From: the human T2T-CHM13v2.0 reference genome, Homo sapiens
NCBI RefSeq assembly: GCF_009914755.1
Contig: NC_060930.1
Direction: 5' to 3' (one strand)
DNA: 64,000 nt
Shown one piece after another: positions 48,916 through 62,399 of this stretch (positions within the stretch are counted from its first letter, which is position 1; every line of letters starts with the position of its first letter). Below the pieces are notes generated by a model, which saw only the letters and a program-made list of their open reading frames with translations, had not been told where the DNA came from and made no database searches. Both the position numbers and the translations under genes were made by a program.

Positions 48916-49573
48916 CTGCTATGGATGATTAGTAAGAAAAGGCAGGTGTTTCCCTGTGTCCTGGACATCTTCACATGTAAGGTGCACTAAGTTGCATGCC
49001 TTGATGCCAGCTTCCCAACTGGCCCTGTTGGTATTATACCTCTTAGCTTTGGAACATCCAGACTTGCTTGCCTTGCATGTTTCTGTCCATGAGGTGCTGC
49101 TGATAATGAGCAGATTCCAGCCTCTCCGCCTCCTCCTCCTCATCAAGTAACCTTGATAGGGCACTGCAAGGAGCAATCATAGAGGCTATCCAGATCAAAG
49201 GGGCAGAAGGAGCAAATGAAGGGCCCCAGATCAGTCATCTAAAGATGTTTCATGTCAATGACAATGCCCAGGGAGTGGAAGTACAAGTAGGCGTCCGAGG
49301 TGTTTCAAAACCCTCTGAAGAAACAGCAAGATGTTGTGGCCTGACCCTTGATCCTAAAAGAACTCTCACTGCTTTCGAATTCTGTACCTCTGAGGTGGTA
49401 TCTTGACATGTCCCTAAAAAACCTCTACACAACAAAATTCTTGCTCAGCTTAGAAACTCATTGCTGTCAGTAAAATTGACCTATTATGTAACAGCACCTA
49501 CCTCTCTCGGAGATAAAATTACAAAAATGCTGAGAAATGTACAAAGCAAAAAGGTAAAAACTGGTGTTATTTA

Positions 49574-49844
49574 CAGCATGTTTTTTCAAACTGTAGGTTG
49601 AGACCCTTTAGGAAAGTGAAATCAATTTGATGCAACCAAATACAAGTTTAAAAAATGAAACAGAACAGGAAAGAAGAGATGAGAAAATATCAGAGAGTAT
49701 CTCATAAGAGTAAATATTGTCTTGTAAAACTTTTGTTCCAGTGTGTGTGTGTAGGTGTGTGTGTGTATGTGTATATGTGTGAAATCATGATGTCACATGT
49801 ATTCCTTACTATGGCTCATGGTAGAAAGCATTTGAAAAGTACTA
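49574..49844. mobile_element. Non-autonomous hAT-Charlie-type element (subfamily unsure)
   Basis: Imperfect TIRs (cagcatgttttttcaaac / tttgaaaagtacta); internal gaaaatatcagag...aaacttttgttccag and a TG-rich patch. Confidence 0.65.
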
Positions 49845-50129
49845 TACACCATTGCCTCAACACCCTCATCAACATAAATTCCTAAAACCAAACCAACCAA
49901 GTTACTGTTGGTGTGACATTTGGTCCTACCCCAAGGTCATACCCAACTCTTAAGTGTGGAAGTGGCTCCAGGCTGCCATTTATTTCATGGAATGGAACAA
50001 GAGAACATAATCAAACAAGAAGACACTGATCCCAGCTGCTGCTCCCAGCCAGATCCCTGCGTAATACTCTGTACACTTGTATTTGCTTCTTTTGGGGGTG
50101 AAGTTTGGGGTGTTTTTATGTATGCCCAT

Positions 50130-50485
50130 TGATATGGTTTGGCTGTGTCCCCACCCAAATCTCATCTTGAATTGTAACTCCCACAATTCCCATGTGTTGT
50201 GGGAGGAACCTGGTGAGAGGTGATTAAATTATGGGGGTGGGTCTTTCCTGCACTGTTCTCATGATAGTGAAAGAGTCTTACAAGATCTGATGGCTTTAAA
50301 ACCGGGAGTTTCCCTGCTCAGTCTCTCTTGCCTGTTGTCATGTAAAATGTACCTTTTACCTTCCACCATGATTGTGAGGTATCCCCAGCCCACGTGGAAC
50401 TACAAGTCCATTAAACCTCTTTTTCTCTGTAATTTACTCAGTCTTATGTGTGTCTTTACCAGCAGCATGAGAACAGACTAATACA
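50130..50485 (+). mobile_element. THE1B-like solo LTR
   Basis: tgatatggtttggctgtgtcccc...gactaataca; perfect TSD cccat. Confidence 0.95.
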
Positions 50486-50549
50486 CCCATTAAAAGGCTT
50501 TGTATTGAATTTTGGCTTCATAATACTATTTTAATAGTATGTAATAATA

Positions 50550-50740
50550 GTAATAAATGCATACTTATTGTGTACTTTATATGCATTATCTCATTTAATT
50601 ATTCATAGCAACCTTCTAAGGTAGATTCTAACATTATTCCCATTTTCAGATGGCAAAACCAAGATTCAGAAGATCAAGTAATTTGCTCAAGGTCCACATA
50701 GCGGTAGAGCCAACACTCAAATCCAAATCTGTTTGACTCA
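50550..50740 (-). mobile_element. MIR
   Basis: attatctcatttaat...attattcccattttcagatggcaaaacc...aagtaatttgctcaaggtc. Confidence 0.8.
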
Positions 50741-50773
50741 ATACTATTGTCATTTATCGTGTTGTTCATGTAG

Positions 50774-51159
<386 letters not shown>

Positions 51160-52124
51160 CATCTTTTACTTCTATGTTAAAATCCTTCCCACTACATTTG
51201 ACCCAAAAGTCAATTGGAATTTTTCAATTTCAACGGAGAACACCAATTCATTGATGGGTGGGCATGGCTAATGTACACCACATACACCCCATGTAGTGAT
51301 CATCTCTCCGAATACTGTGCTTATTCAAACACAGATCTCCACATACAATTGGAAACAAATTGAGAAGTAAAACAAAAAATTTTTTTAATCTGTTACTCTA
51401 CGTTATTGTTCCTCTGCTTTAGCATTTTAAATAGGTAAGTCTGTAGCATATTTATTAATAATAATTATTCCTTTAGCTCTAAAATTAGAAACTGGTTTTC
51501 TGTCTAATCTTCCCTTTATACCTTGAATTGTATGTCTTATTCTTTATTCCTTCTAGTTTTTTCTCATTTAAAAATATCCCTTCAACTTCTGGGTTTGTTT
51601 TATAGGTATTTGGAGATCTGGTTTACTTTAAAACAATGAAGCAGACAGAAGCCCCTGAGGGTAACTTATGGAGAACTGGGAGGTCCTACTGACTTAATTA
51701 AACTGGCAACAAATCAATAGAAACAGAAGAGAAGAGGAAAGAAAACAATAATTAAAACATTCTGTCAAAAAATAGAACAGTAATTAGAAGATGTGAACTA
51801 TTGTTTTGCCACACTAATTACATTTTTATTTTCAATAGATTGCTGAAGTCCATTAAAAAAAAAACTTAGCCTTTTATAGTATTCTGCTGTGCTGGTGTCT
51901 CTACTAGGTTGATAACACTGTGATTATCACAACTGAATGGCTGATATTTTCACCAAAGGGGGCTGGGGCAAAGAAAAAAATGATGCACTGCTCTTTATAT
52001 AATGTGAATAAAATCCTTTATATATTCATTCTGATGTGACCCATCTTTGGTCATCGTACATGCATTTATGTGTGCATATAAGATCATTTATGATGGATGA
52101 TGATGGTGGCAATAAGGATGATGA

Positions 52125-52255
52125 TGATAGCTGCTCTCTATTGAACACCATGTACCAGGCACTTTGCAAAGCACATAACATGTATTACCTGATTTAATTC
52201 TCATAACAAATGTATTATTTACATAATTGTATTATTTCCTTATTTTGTAGTTGAG
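52125..52255 (-). mobile_element. MIR fragment
   Basis: ttgaacaccatgtaccaggcactttgcaaagcac...atttaattctcataacaa. Confidence 0.65.
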
Positions 52256-52522
52256 TTCATCCGACTCCAGAGCCTATTCTCTGAATGAGTATGGTTCAAC
52301 TAGAGTGTGCTGAGGCCAGCAAAACTCATGACAAGGCCAGCAGAAAAATCAGCTACAAGTTGCTCTGCCCTTCACCAATCATTGCTATACCCATGTGACT
52401 ATGAGCCTTCATTTTATGGGGACTGTGATTTCAAAGCTGTTAAAAATGGGAGGCAAAAACAGGCACCTTACAATTCTTCCAAGGAGTTTTGCTGCAAAGG
52501 GAGGTAGAAAAATGAGCCCTAC

Positions 52523-53172
<650 letters not shown>

Positions 53173-53548
53173 CCTACCTAGTTGATTAAAAAAAAAAAAG
53201 CGTGGTCAAGAGAAATTTCAAAATTCAAGAAAGAACAGCATGCATGCATACTGATGAAATAAGTCAGTAGAAGGGAAATGCCGACTGATGTTAGAGAAAA
53301 AGGAGAGTCTCTGGAGTGATACCCTTAGGTGGGTAAGAAGAAATGGGAGCTACAGCAAAGTGGGAAGATTAGATTCAAGAAGGAACATAGTAAATTTCAT
53401 GAGAGTAATAGTCAGGAGGCCGAGCATATGATGCACATGATGGAGATGCGGATAGATATGGTAAAGGATGTCTGTGGAACTTCTTTTATGATTGAGAAAA
53501 ATGGAAAATTAAAGCAATCAGAAAATCTTCATGAATGGTTATGTTTAA

Positions 53549-53619
53549 ACACACACATGCATACGCGCACACACACACGCACACGCACACACACACACAT
53601 GCATGTGCGTGCACACACA

Positions 53620-53659
<40 letters not shown>
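53549..53659 (+). repeat. Compound (CA)n/(CACG)n alternating purine-pyrimidine repeat
   Basis: Directly visible, ~110 bp. Confidence 0.95.
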
Positions 53660-53663
<4 letters not shown>

Positions 53664-54652
53664 TGCAAACTGAAATATTTCCAGGTGAAATGACACGTCA
53701 TCTGGTATTGCTTTAAAATGCTTCAGGAAAAAAATTAGAAGTACATCTCAGAGTTAATGGAATAATAACTGACATTAATAATAATAATAATAACTGACAT
53801 TTATTGAGAACTTACTGTGAGCCATTGAATTAAGTGCTTTACAACTGAGCATAATTCCTGGCTCTCTTGATTCTGTTTTCATTTGTGCCCATTCTCCCAG
53901 AAGGGTAAGAGGGGCTCCTCTTGGCCTTTCCTACCTTATCTTGTAAACATTCACTCCTAGATCCACAAACCTGAAATCCCTTGGCTGTGCATTGGAAACC
54001 ACCAGTGAGTGTCAAGTGAGTGACCGATGATCCCTTCCCTTTCCAGCAGCAGTGGTGCCGTCATACCCTGGCGACGCTGCTTCTCCTGGGAAAAGCTGGT
54101 ACTGAAAAGCCGGTAGAAAGACTGAAAGCTAGTCAGCTGGGCAATTGCTGAACTTTCAGTCCTTCTAATTCTGGGTTTTATTTACTTCTCTGAGGTTGTA
54201 GAAACACTGGTATGTACAGGGGGAAAGAACACAAAGGTCTGCTCCAGACAACTGTCTAGATAAACCAAATCTTGGTGTAGGCAACGTGATGAAGTCATTG
54301 AAATATTAATTAAGGGATATCTTTATCCTGGTACTTTCTTTCATATCCTTTGTCCTGTGTCCCCTCATTTTGTCACTGAGGGTAGCCCACATCCACTGTT
54401 CCAAGAAGAGATATGAACACAGAAAGCACAGGAAAGAGGAATTCACTTCCTCAATTCTGAGTGCAGAAATACAGAAGAAGCATGGAATCCTAGCATAGGA
54501 ACAATCTGGGATGAAGCCTTTCGAGGAAGAACAAGTCTTCCACAAGGTATGGAACAAAAAATGACCTGTGAAAGGAAGTAGTGTAGTGGCCAACCCTGGG
54601 AAAGGGGAGCTGATTGAGGGTAGCTGAAGAAACAGAAATATTGAGAATGCTA

Positions 54653-55078
54653 TGTATTCGTTTGCTAGAGCTGCCATAACAAAGTATCATAAACTGAGGA
54701 GTTCAGCAACAGAAATTTATTGTTTCACACTTCTGGAAGCTAGAAATTTGAAATTAAAGTGTTGGCAGGATAAGTTTCTTCTGGGAGCTGTGAGGGAAGG
54801 ATCTATTCCAGGCCATTCTCCTCGGTTGTCTTCTCTCTGGGTGTCTTCATATCATATTTCCTCTACAGATTGGGCACTAAGAAGTGCCCAAATTTCCCCT
54901 TTTCGTAAGGACATCAGTCATATTGGATTGGGGCCTGCCCTACTGATTTCATTTTAACTTGATTATCTCTATAAAGATGTCATCTCCACGTATAGTCATA
55001 TTCTGAGATACCGGGGGGTTAGGACTTCAACATATAAATTTTGGAGGGGGAAGGAGACACCCAATTCAACCCATAACA
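54653..55078 (-). mobile_element. MLT1B/C solo LTR
   Basis: tgtattcgtttgctagagctgccataacaaag...aattcaacccataaca. Confidence 0.9.
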
Positions 55079-55682
55079 GGTTGGAATATGGGAATTTTCT
55101 TGAAGGGACCCTGCGGATGTGCACCACAATAACACTGTGCTTCTCTGAGCAGCCCTCCATCACTAGTGCCCTGGAGCCATATGGGGGCTGAGGCAGCCTC
55201 CATAGACAATTCACCTCCTCTCCCCCACCTCTCGGGACCACAGTATCTTACACTCTCATCATCATCTGGGGCAGTTTCTCTTTGTCCAATGGGACTATTG
55301 CACAGCCAGAGGGAATCACACCCATCTGTGCCCTAACACTTGGCACCACCTCATCTATGTAGGCGCATGCCTTATCTATGTAGAGAACCCGATTGTATCA
55401 ATCCACAACAGATTTCCCTACCACACCAGGTCAGCAGGGCTCTGATCATGGGGCATCAGGGTGGCAATATAAATGGAAAATCCTTCTATCACTATTGTGG
55501 TTGAACCACAGAATACCATCGGCAGCAGTGGCACAGTGCTAAAATCCACTCCCAGCATAGGTAATGTGCAAGGTAGACATTTTTTTATTACGTCTATCTT
55601 TGTCTGTGAAGGTTTTCTTTTCATGGTTCTGTGTCCAGCTCCAATAGTTGGGGGTTAAAAGAAAAAGTTTGACAAACTTTCT

Positions 55683-55765
55683 TCTAATTTCTAATCTGAT
55701 TTCAAATTTTCTAATTCCTCACCTGATTCTAAATTTTCTAATTCCTAATCTGATTCCGAATTTTC
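55683..55765 (+). repeat. Imperfect ~28-bp tandem repeat, 3 copies
   Basis: ttctaatt(t/c)ct(a/c)a(t/c)ctgatt..aattt repeated three times. Confidence 0.8.
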
Positions 55766-56698
55766 AAAGTACTTACTAAGTCCAGGGTATGAAAAGAGTA
55801 TCAAACCTAAGGATAGAATTACCAAACATGCAAGTCTGTTTTCTAATTTTATAGGGGGAAATCTCACTAATCATGACACATCATATAAAATAATAACTGC
55901 CATATAATAACATGTAATAATATATAATAACAAGTAATATTCAGTGTTATGGTTTTCTCCAGGATTTCTAAGGTCATGGCTAGAAAACACAAAAGGAAGT
56001 TTGAGTGTAATTTGCTTCCCCTCTCTCCCAAAAATATTATTAGACACACTTTGAACACATATTTGGTGAGCTCTGCAAATTAAACCAAATTTTGCCCCAG
56101 TTCAAGCCAAGTTAATACAAGTCTTAAAGGGCAGGAAATGAGTGGGTGAAGAAAGAATCTGAAATCAATTGATTTAAGAATCACTTCGTCACTGCAGTGA
56201 CAGCCTTGATGTATAGATTTCTACCTGGGAGAGAGGTCAAGAAACCTTGTCAACTGTTCTCAGAGGCATCAGTGCTGGTGTGGCCAAAAAGGCTCACAAA
56301 ATGTCGAGCATCTTTAAACAGCATATTCGGATAGAAGAAAAAATATAAACATTGCCTTGTATTAAAGTAGCTATGGTCACCATACCTCAATGCAGAAGAA
56401 ACAGAAGAAGAGGAAACCCAAAGAAGTGAAGTTTCATTATCATAGAACTATAGTGGTTTCCAAATTAGAATATATTAAAAGGATTAGAAATGTCAAATTT
56501 GGCAGATGAAGTCACAGAGGCAATACAATTAGTTTCTAAAACCATGAACAGTAACTGTGACCATCCTAGAAAATGGAACTTAGGGTCCTTCCCCTCGCCC
56601 CAATAAATATTGGTCATGTCCAAAGGAATGCTGTTCACAGTTACAAATAATGTTGATCATCAGACATACTATGAAAATATCTCTTGGTTTCCTAAATA

Positions 56699-57196
56699 CA
56701 GTTGACCCTTGGAGATAAAGGGGTCAATGGTATTTGAACTATATGGGTCCATTTATACAGGTTTTTTTCAATAAAAGTTAAACCAAGTGTGCCTGCCTTT
56801 CCTGCATCCCCTTCCACCTCCTCCACCTCTTTTGCCTCTGCCATCCTTGAGACAGTAAGACTAACCCCTCCTCTTCCTCAGCTACTCAATATGAAGACGA
56901 TGAGGATGAAAACCATCCATTTCCACTTAATGAACAGTAAATATATTTTCTCTTCCTTATGGTTTTCTTAACAACATTTTCTTTTCTCTAGCTTATTTTA
57001 TTGGAAGAATACAACATGTAATACATATAACAAACAAAATTGTGTGAATCAACTGTTCATGTTATCAGTAAGGCTTCTGACCAACAGTAAACTATTAGTA
57101 GTTAGGTTTTTGCGGAGTCAGTCAAAAGTTCTGTACAGATTCTCAACTGCATGGGAGTCAATGCCTCTCACCCCTGTATTGTTCAAGGGTCAACTG
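56699..57196. mobile_element. Tigger2a/MER28-like non-autonomous transposon
   Basis: Perfect terminal inverted repeats cagttgacccttg / caagggtcaactg with TA TSDs. Confidence 0.92.
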
Positions 57197-57593
57197 TATA
57201 GCCATTCCTTATTATCTTTTTTCCTTTGCATAATTCAAGCTGGTGGTTGAGTATAATAACCCAATTCTAAATGTTTTCGTATTCAGCTAGGCTGAGCCAA
57301 ACCCTTCTGCGCTCTCATATGCCAGTTTTTCTCCAGCTATCTTAGTACCCTGTAACCCTACTTCAGGGTACTTCCTTGAAGAATGGTAACCTCCCCCTCA
57401 TCACATGGATTAGGTTTCTTGAACTTTATCTCTTTGCTCCGTTTGTACCACTGCCTTGTGCAAAATTAAATTTCCCCTTATTCATCCCAACTTCCTTCTT
57501 CCCTTCTTGACAAATTTCTTGAAAGAATAATTTATATAGTTGACACTCACTGATTACATTTCTACAACCCTCATTCAGGCCTCAATTCATTGC

Positions 57594-57970
57594 TGCTATG
57601 GTCTGAATGTACACATCCCTCCAAAATTCATTTGCTGAAATCTTAACCCTCAAAGTGATGGTATTAGAAGGTGGAGCCTTTAAGAAGTGATTAAGTCATG
57701 AAGGTAGAGCCTTCATGAATGGGATTGTTGCCCTTAGAAAAGAGGCCCTAGAGATACCCTTTGCACCTTCCACAACATGAGGGCACAGGGAGAATATGCC
57801 ATCTGTGAGCCAGACAGTGGGCTCTTAACAGATACCAAATCTGCCAGCACCTTGATGTTGGACTTCCCAATCTCCAGAATTGTGAGAAATAAATTTTTGT
57901 TATTTGTAGACTGGGTATAAAATACTCAGTTTAAGGTATTTTGTTACAGTAGCCTAAATGAACTAAGACA
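57594..57970 (+). mobile_element. MLT1A0-like solo LTR
   Basis: tgctatggtctgaatg...gaactaagaca; TSD attgc/attgt. Confidence 0.92.
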
Positions 57971-58369
57971 ATTGTTAGCTGGTTTATTTCTTCCACACTC
58001 TCTTGAGGTCATTAGTGACTTAATCACCAACTTTAATACCCTATATTCAGACCATCTTTTTTCTTGAAATTCTACATATAATGGCTTTCAGGGTAAGATA
58101 CTAGCCTGAATTTTTTTTATTACATTTCTAACTACTCCCTAGTATGCAATCCTCAGTCCTCTTCCCATTCTCTACATTCTTATAAATTCTCGTGTATATG
58201 CAATTCAATCTCAAATCTGTGTGTCCTACCTTTCCTCTACATCTAGAACAATATTTTTCAAATCCATCATAGCGTCTATTATACCGCATTGTAATTATCT
58301 ATTATATGTCTGTAATGCTCAAAAGATTCTAATTCCCTGAAGACAGCAACTGTGTGTTCCTGGGAAAAC

Positions 58370-58780
58370 CAGTGTGCTAGAGTAAGAGAGAAAGTGAGAG
58401 AAGTAATGGGGGTTAGAAGTCATAGAGCTGCATAAGGGCTTTAGATCTAGATCTTTCTCTATGTACATTGGGAGCCATTGAGGGGTTTGAGGCATAGAAG
58501 TACCATGGTCAGAGTTATGTTTTGTGAGAAATCTCTCTAGTATTACATTGAGTGTAGACTGTAGGGAAACAAGAATGGCAGCAAGGAGATCAATTAGGCA
58601 GCCTTTGCAATAGTCTAGGCAAGAAATGATGGTGACTCTAACTGAGGTGGTAACAATATTGGTGGCATTAAATAGTCAGATTCTGATTATGTTTGAAAAC
58701 AGAATTGGATTATTCTGACCAGAAAAAAAATTAAGACTGAGAAGGTGTTTGGCAAGAGAACTCTAAGAATAGAGCTTCCC
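58370..58780 (-). mobile_element. L2 fragment
   Basis: attgggagccattgaggggtttgag and ttgcaatagtctaggcaagaaatgatggtgac. Confidence 0.75.
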
Positions 58781-59422
58781 AGAATTGAATAATTTCAGGG
58801 CAGGGAATATAATGATCAGATTTGTTGTTTCAGTGGCCACTATGCCGGCTTGATGGAGGTTGTTTCAAGAGAACAAGATGAGTCAGGATGTGACAGATTA
58901 GCAGGCTACTGTAGTAAAGAAAGAATTGAATCTTCGCCAAAGCAAGGATAGCTTAGATAATAGATCAGATTCAAGAAATACTTATGAGCAAAAACTAACG
59001 CGTATTTTGTACTTATAAATAACTCTGCAAAAAGTCATATTGAAGAATGTAAGTTGGAAATTTTAATTTTGTAAAACAAAAGAAATCTCTAGTTCACTGA
59101 ATTTTGTAAATTCTGTCTGCTTGAGAGTTTAGTGATACATATCTTTTTTGGTAAAATCTAATGGTTAAATCTAATGCTGGCTTAGAACCATTTTCTTGGC
59201 TAGGACTCCTATTTAGATGATGCTGATTACTTAATATGAATATTTGCTTTACTCTCCAAAATATATTTGCTGAAAAACTATTCCCCAAAGAATACAATAA
59301 AATAAAAATTTAAATCAAAATGATAGTATTTATAATCACCAAATATTCACTGAGAATCCACAGCATTTCAAAAAAATGAATTATGAACTCTAGGGAATAT
59401 AATAAAATGCATTTATCTGTAC

Positions 59423-59452
59423 TTTTTTTTGAGATGGAGTTTTGCTCTTGTT
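59423..59452 (-). mobile_element. Extremely 5'-truncated Alu (last ~22 nt plus short tail)
   Basis: tttttttt-gagatggagttttgctcttgtt flanked by tactttttt on both sides. Confidence 0.7.
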
Positions 59453-59459
59453 CTACTTT

Positions 59460-60045
59460 TTTAAGTAAACTTTTTATTCAAGTATAATATCCATACAAAT
59501 ACGTACACAAAAGTATACACCTCAATGAATTTTCATAAAGTGAACACGTCTTTGTAGCTAGCACTTAGATCAAGAAACAGAATTCGATCAGGCCCCTAGA
59601 AACTTCCTCTACCTCCCTTCCTGTAACTACACTTCCTAGAGGAGTCCCTTTCCTGACTTCCATCACCATAGAGGTTTTACCTGTTTTTGAACTTTTATGT
59701 AAAAGAAAGCATGCAAGTTGTACTCTTTTTACCTAGCTTTTTACGCTCACTATTATGTTTGTGAGCCTCAGCCATATTATTGCAGGTACTCCATTCATTT
59801 TTATTGCTATATACATTTCAATTGTTTGAATATATCACAATTCATTTATTTATTTTACTGTTGATGGAGATTTAAGTTATTCCTAGTTTTTAACCATCAT
59901 AGATAGTGTTACTATGAACATTCTTGTAAGATAGACAGACAGAGATAATCTGTTGGTTATAAACTAAGAGTAGAATTTCCTGAGTTATAAGTTATGTGTC
60001 TATTCAACTTCAGCAGATAATGCCAAACCATTTTCCATTGTTCTT
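59460..60045 (-). mobile_element. Old L1 (L1ME/MD-like) 3' end
   Basis: ctttttattcaagtataatatccatacaaa...ctcaatgaattttcataaagtgaacac. Confidence 0.8.
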
Positions 60046-61299
60046 ACATTACCTTTATTTTTTCTGGTTAAATGTTTAGCAAATATTCTATTCTAGAACT
60101 ACTTTTGACCTTTTCCAAGAAATAATCTGATCACACATGAGCATTTTATTATTACAAGCTATGTATTAGAATAAGTTGTAAAAATTCTGACTACTTAAGG
60201 AAACTATTTTAGAAATTTAGTTCACCTAAAACACTAAGGGAAATTGGTAAGTTAAGAAAAAGAGAATATACAGTAATAATGATAATAGCTAAGTTTTTTG
60301 TGTGCGGCTACTGGATTTCCCCATGAAGGAGAGCAGGAGTTCCTACAAAACAGAAAGGAAGCTTATTTCCCCAAATGCCCAACCTAGGTATCTGTGTGTC
60401 TCACCAGATCAAAATGCCCAGTCCTGAATTGAGCCAAATGCCTGGCCATTGTGAAGTACTGAGTGGAGTCAAGTTACTCCAACTAGGATAAATTATGCTA
60501 TGTTTGCTGTGTTGTTTAGTGCAGTAGCTTCAGTTCTTAATCCAATGTCCGGCATATAATAGGTGTTCAATATATATTTGTCAGTGACCATATAAATTAG
60601 TTATTAATAAGTAACTTCTGGGAAAAACATCTGGCTGGGAAAAACCATCATAATGATTTATGCTACTGACATAGCCAGACACCATCAAACTACTCTTTGT
60701 TCTTCAGTTACTTGTGTGACTGGTAATCTGCTAGGTCACCTTGCCTTTCAAGAGGCAAATAAGTCAGCTCAAACCATTATCACATATGGGCTGGGAAACC
60801 CAATATCCATCCCAAACTCTCCTGAGAATCTTTGAGAAATTTTGACTTTTTGCTCATCACTGATGGTTGTGTACTCTCAATTCCACTAGGTTAGTTTTCC
60901 CTGTGAAGCATATTGCCACGTTCTGCACACTCTCCTTCTCCTATGCTATGTGGTATTGCACAGGACACAAGATTGATTTCTTTCTACCCTCAAAGTACTA
61001 GCAATGCAGGACAGTATGTGCGGCAAACTTTTTCTAAGGCTTGGGATAGTAGAGTGAGCTTACATCATAGACCCACAAACAACTTGAAATGGACTAGTAG
61101 ACAGCCTTGTTTTAAAATGTCCCTCAGACACACTGACACTGGGAATCTCAACAGTTGCTATTTCTCACTAGATATTTTTCTCATGAGTTCCAGTCTCCTG
61201 ACTAATGGGTCAGTCCTCCCTTCCTTGACTCATCTTCTCCACCCTCCTCCTTTCAAACGCCTATTAACTTTACATGTAAATAATTTCAATTTTCTGGAT

Positions 61300-61961
61300 T
61301 GATCTATTGTAAAGCATCTAACTGATCTCCCATCTTCCATCCTCCCTATCCTAGAGTCTATTGGTCATACAATAGCCAGCTACAACGTAATCTTAAAACA
61401 TAAGTCTGACTGTGTCACTCTCCTGCTCCAAACCCTCCACTAGCGTCTCACCTAAAATAAAATGCAAACTCCTTGCCACAGCCTGCAAGGTCTTACATGC
61501 TCTGGCTCCCATTTGCCTCTCTGACCTCATCATCTTCCACTCTGCTCTACCTGCCCTAGTTTGCTTGTTATTCTTTAAATACAGTAAGCTCATTCTACTT
61601 CAGGGCCTTTATCCTTGCTATTCCCCCGTGTATATTCTTTATGTTTCTTCTCTCTGTCATCATTCAGTGTCTGCTCAAATGTCACCTTCTCAAAAGGGCT
61701 ATCACTGAATTAGCTATCTATAGTTGCTCTCCCTTCCCTTCATTTCCTCCAGAGCTCTTACCACCATCAGAAATCTTGTTATTTATTTTAAAAATGATTT
61801 GTTTGTTGCCTGTCTCCCTTTATTAGAATCGAAGTGTCATGAGGGTAGAGAATGTCTTGTCTTCTTCACTTGTATATCTCAGGGCCTACAAATGTAGAAA
61901 CAGAACCTGGTAAACATAAGCATTCCCTATATATTTGTTCAGTGAATAAATGAATGAGTGA
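61300..61961 (+). mobile_element. L2a 3' portion
   Basis: tgtgtcactctcctgctccaaaccctcc...ctgctcaaatgtcaccttctca...tgaataaatgaatgagtgaa. Confidence 0.88.
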
Positions 61962-62399
61962 AGTAATATTTTTATGTCACTCTCTCCTTACTGAACTTGT
62001 AGTTAAAACTTTAACTTCTACATTCAAAGGGGCCAATAAATTGGATTCACTAAAAAAAAAATCTATTTTGAATACAAATTATGTAATTGCATTAGGAGTC
62101 AGCCATGGCTAGAATCAATTACTGCTTTAAAAAAATATTTTCTCTCTCTTGCACATGAAAGGATAGATACACAAAAACTTAGAGATACAAAAAGTAATCA
62201 AATATATTGAATAAGACATATAATTTATTTAAACATGCATGTCTTTAAAGGTTGCCCTATATATATACATCTTTTAAATATATGTGCGTATTTTAATGAC
62301 ATTATATATATAGGTTTGAATAAGTAATTGTATTCTTAATGAAACAGAAAAGGGCATTTTAATGGAAATATATGTTAATCTGTCTCATTAGCAAAAAAA

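Noticed and set aside
55570-55624. Minus-strand KIDVIKKCLP resembling the end of the TEX15/TASOR DUF3715 domain
   Set aside because: A three-residue match is not evidence
55683-55765. 28-bp repeats, and the three dispersed TAAAAACACATACAT copies, as a CRISPR-like array
   Set aside because: No unique regular spacers and no cas genes in a primate context; explained as a tandem repeat and as target-site duplications
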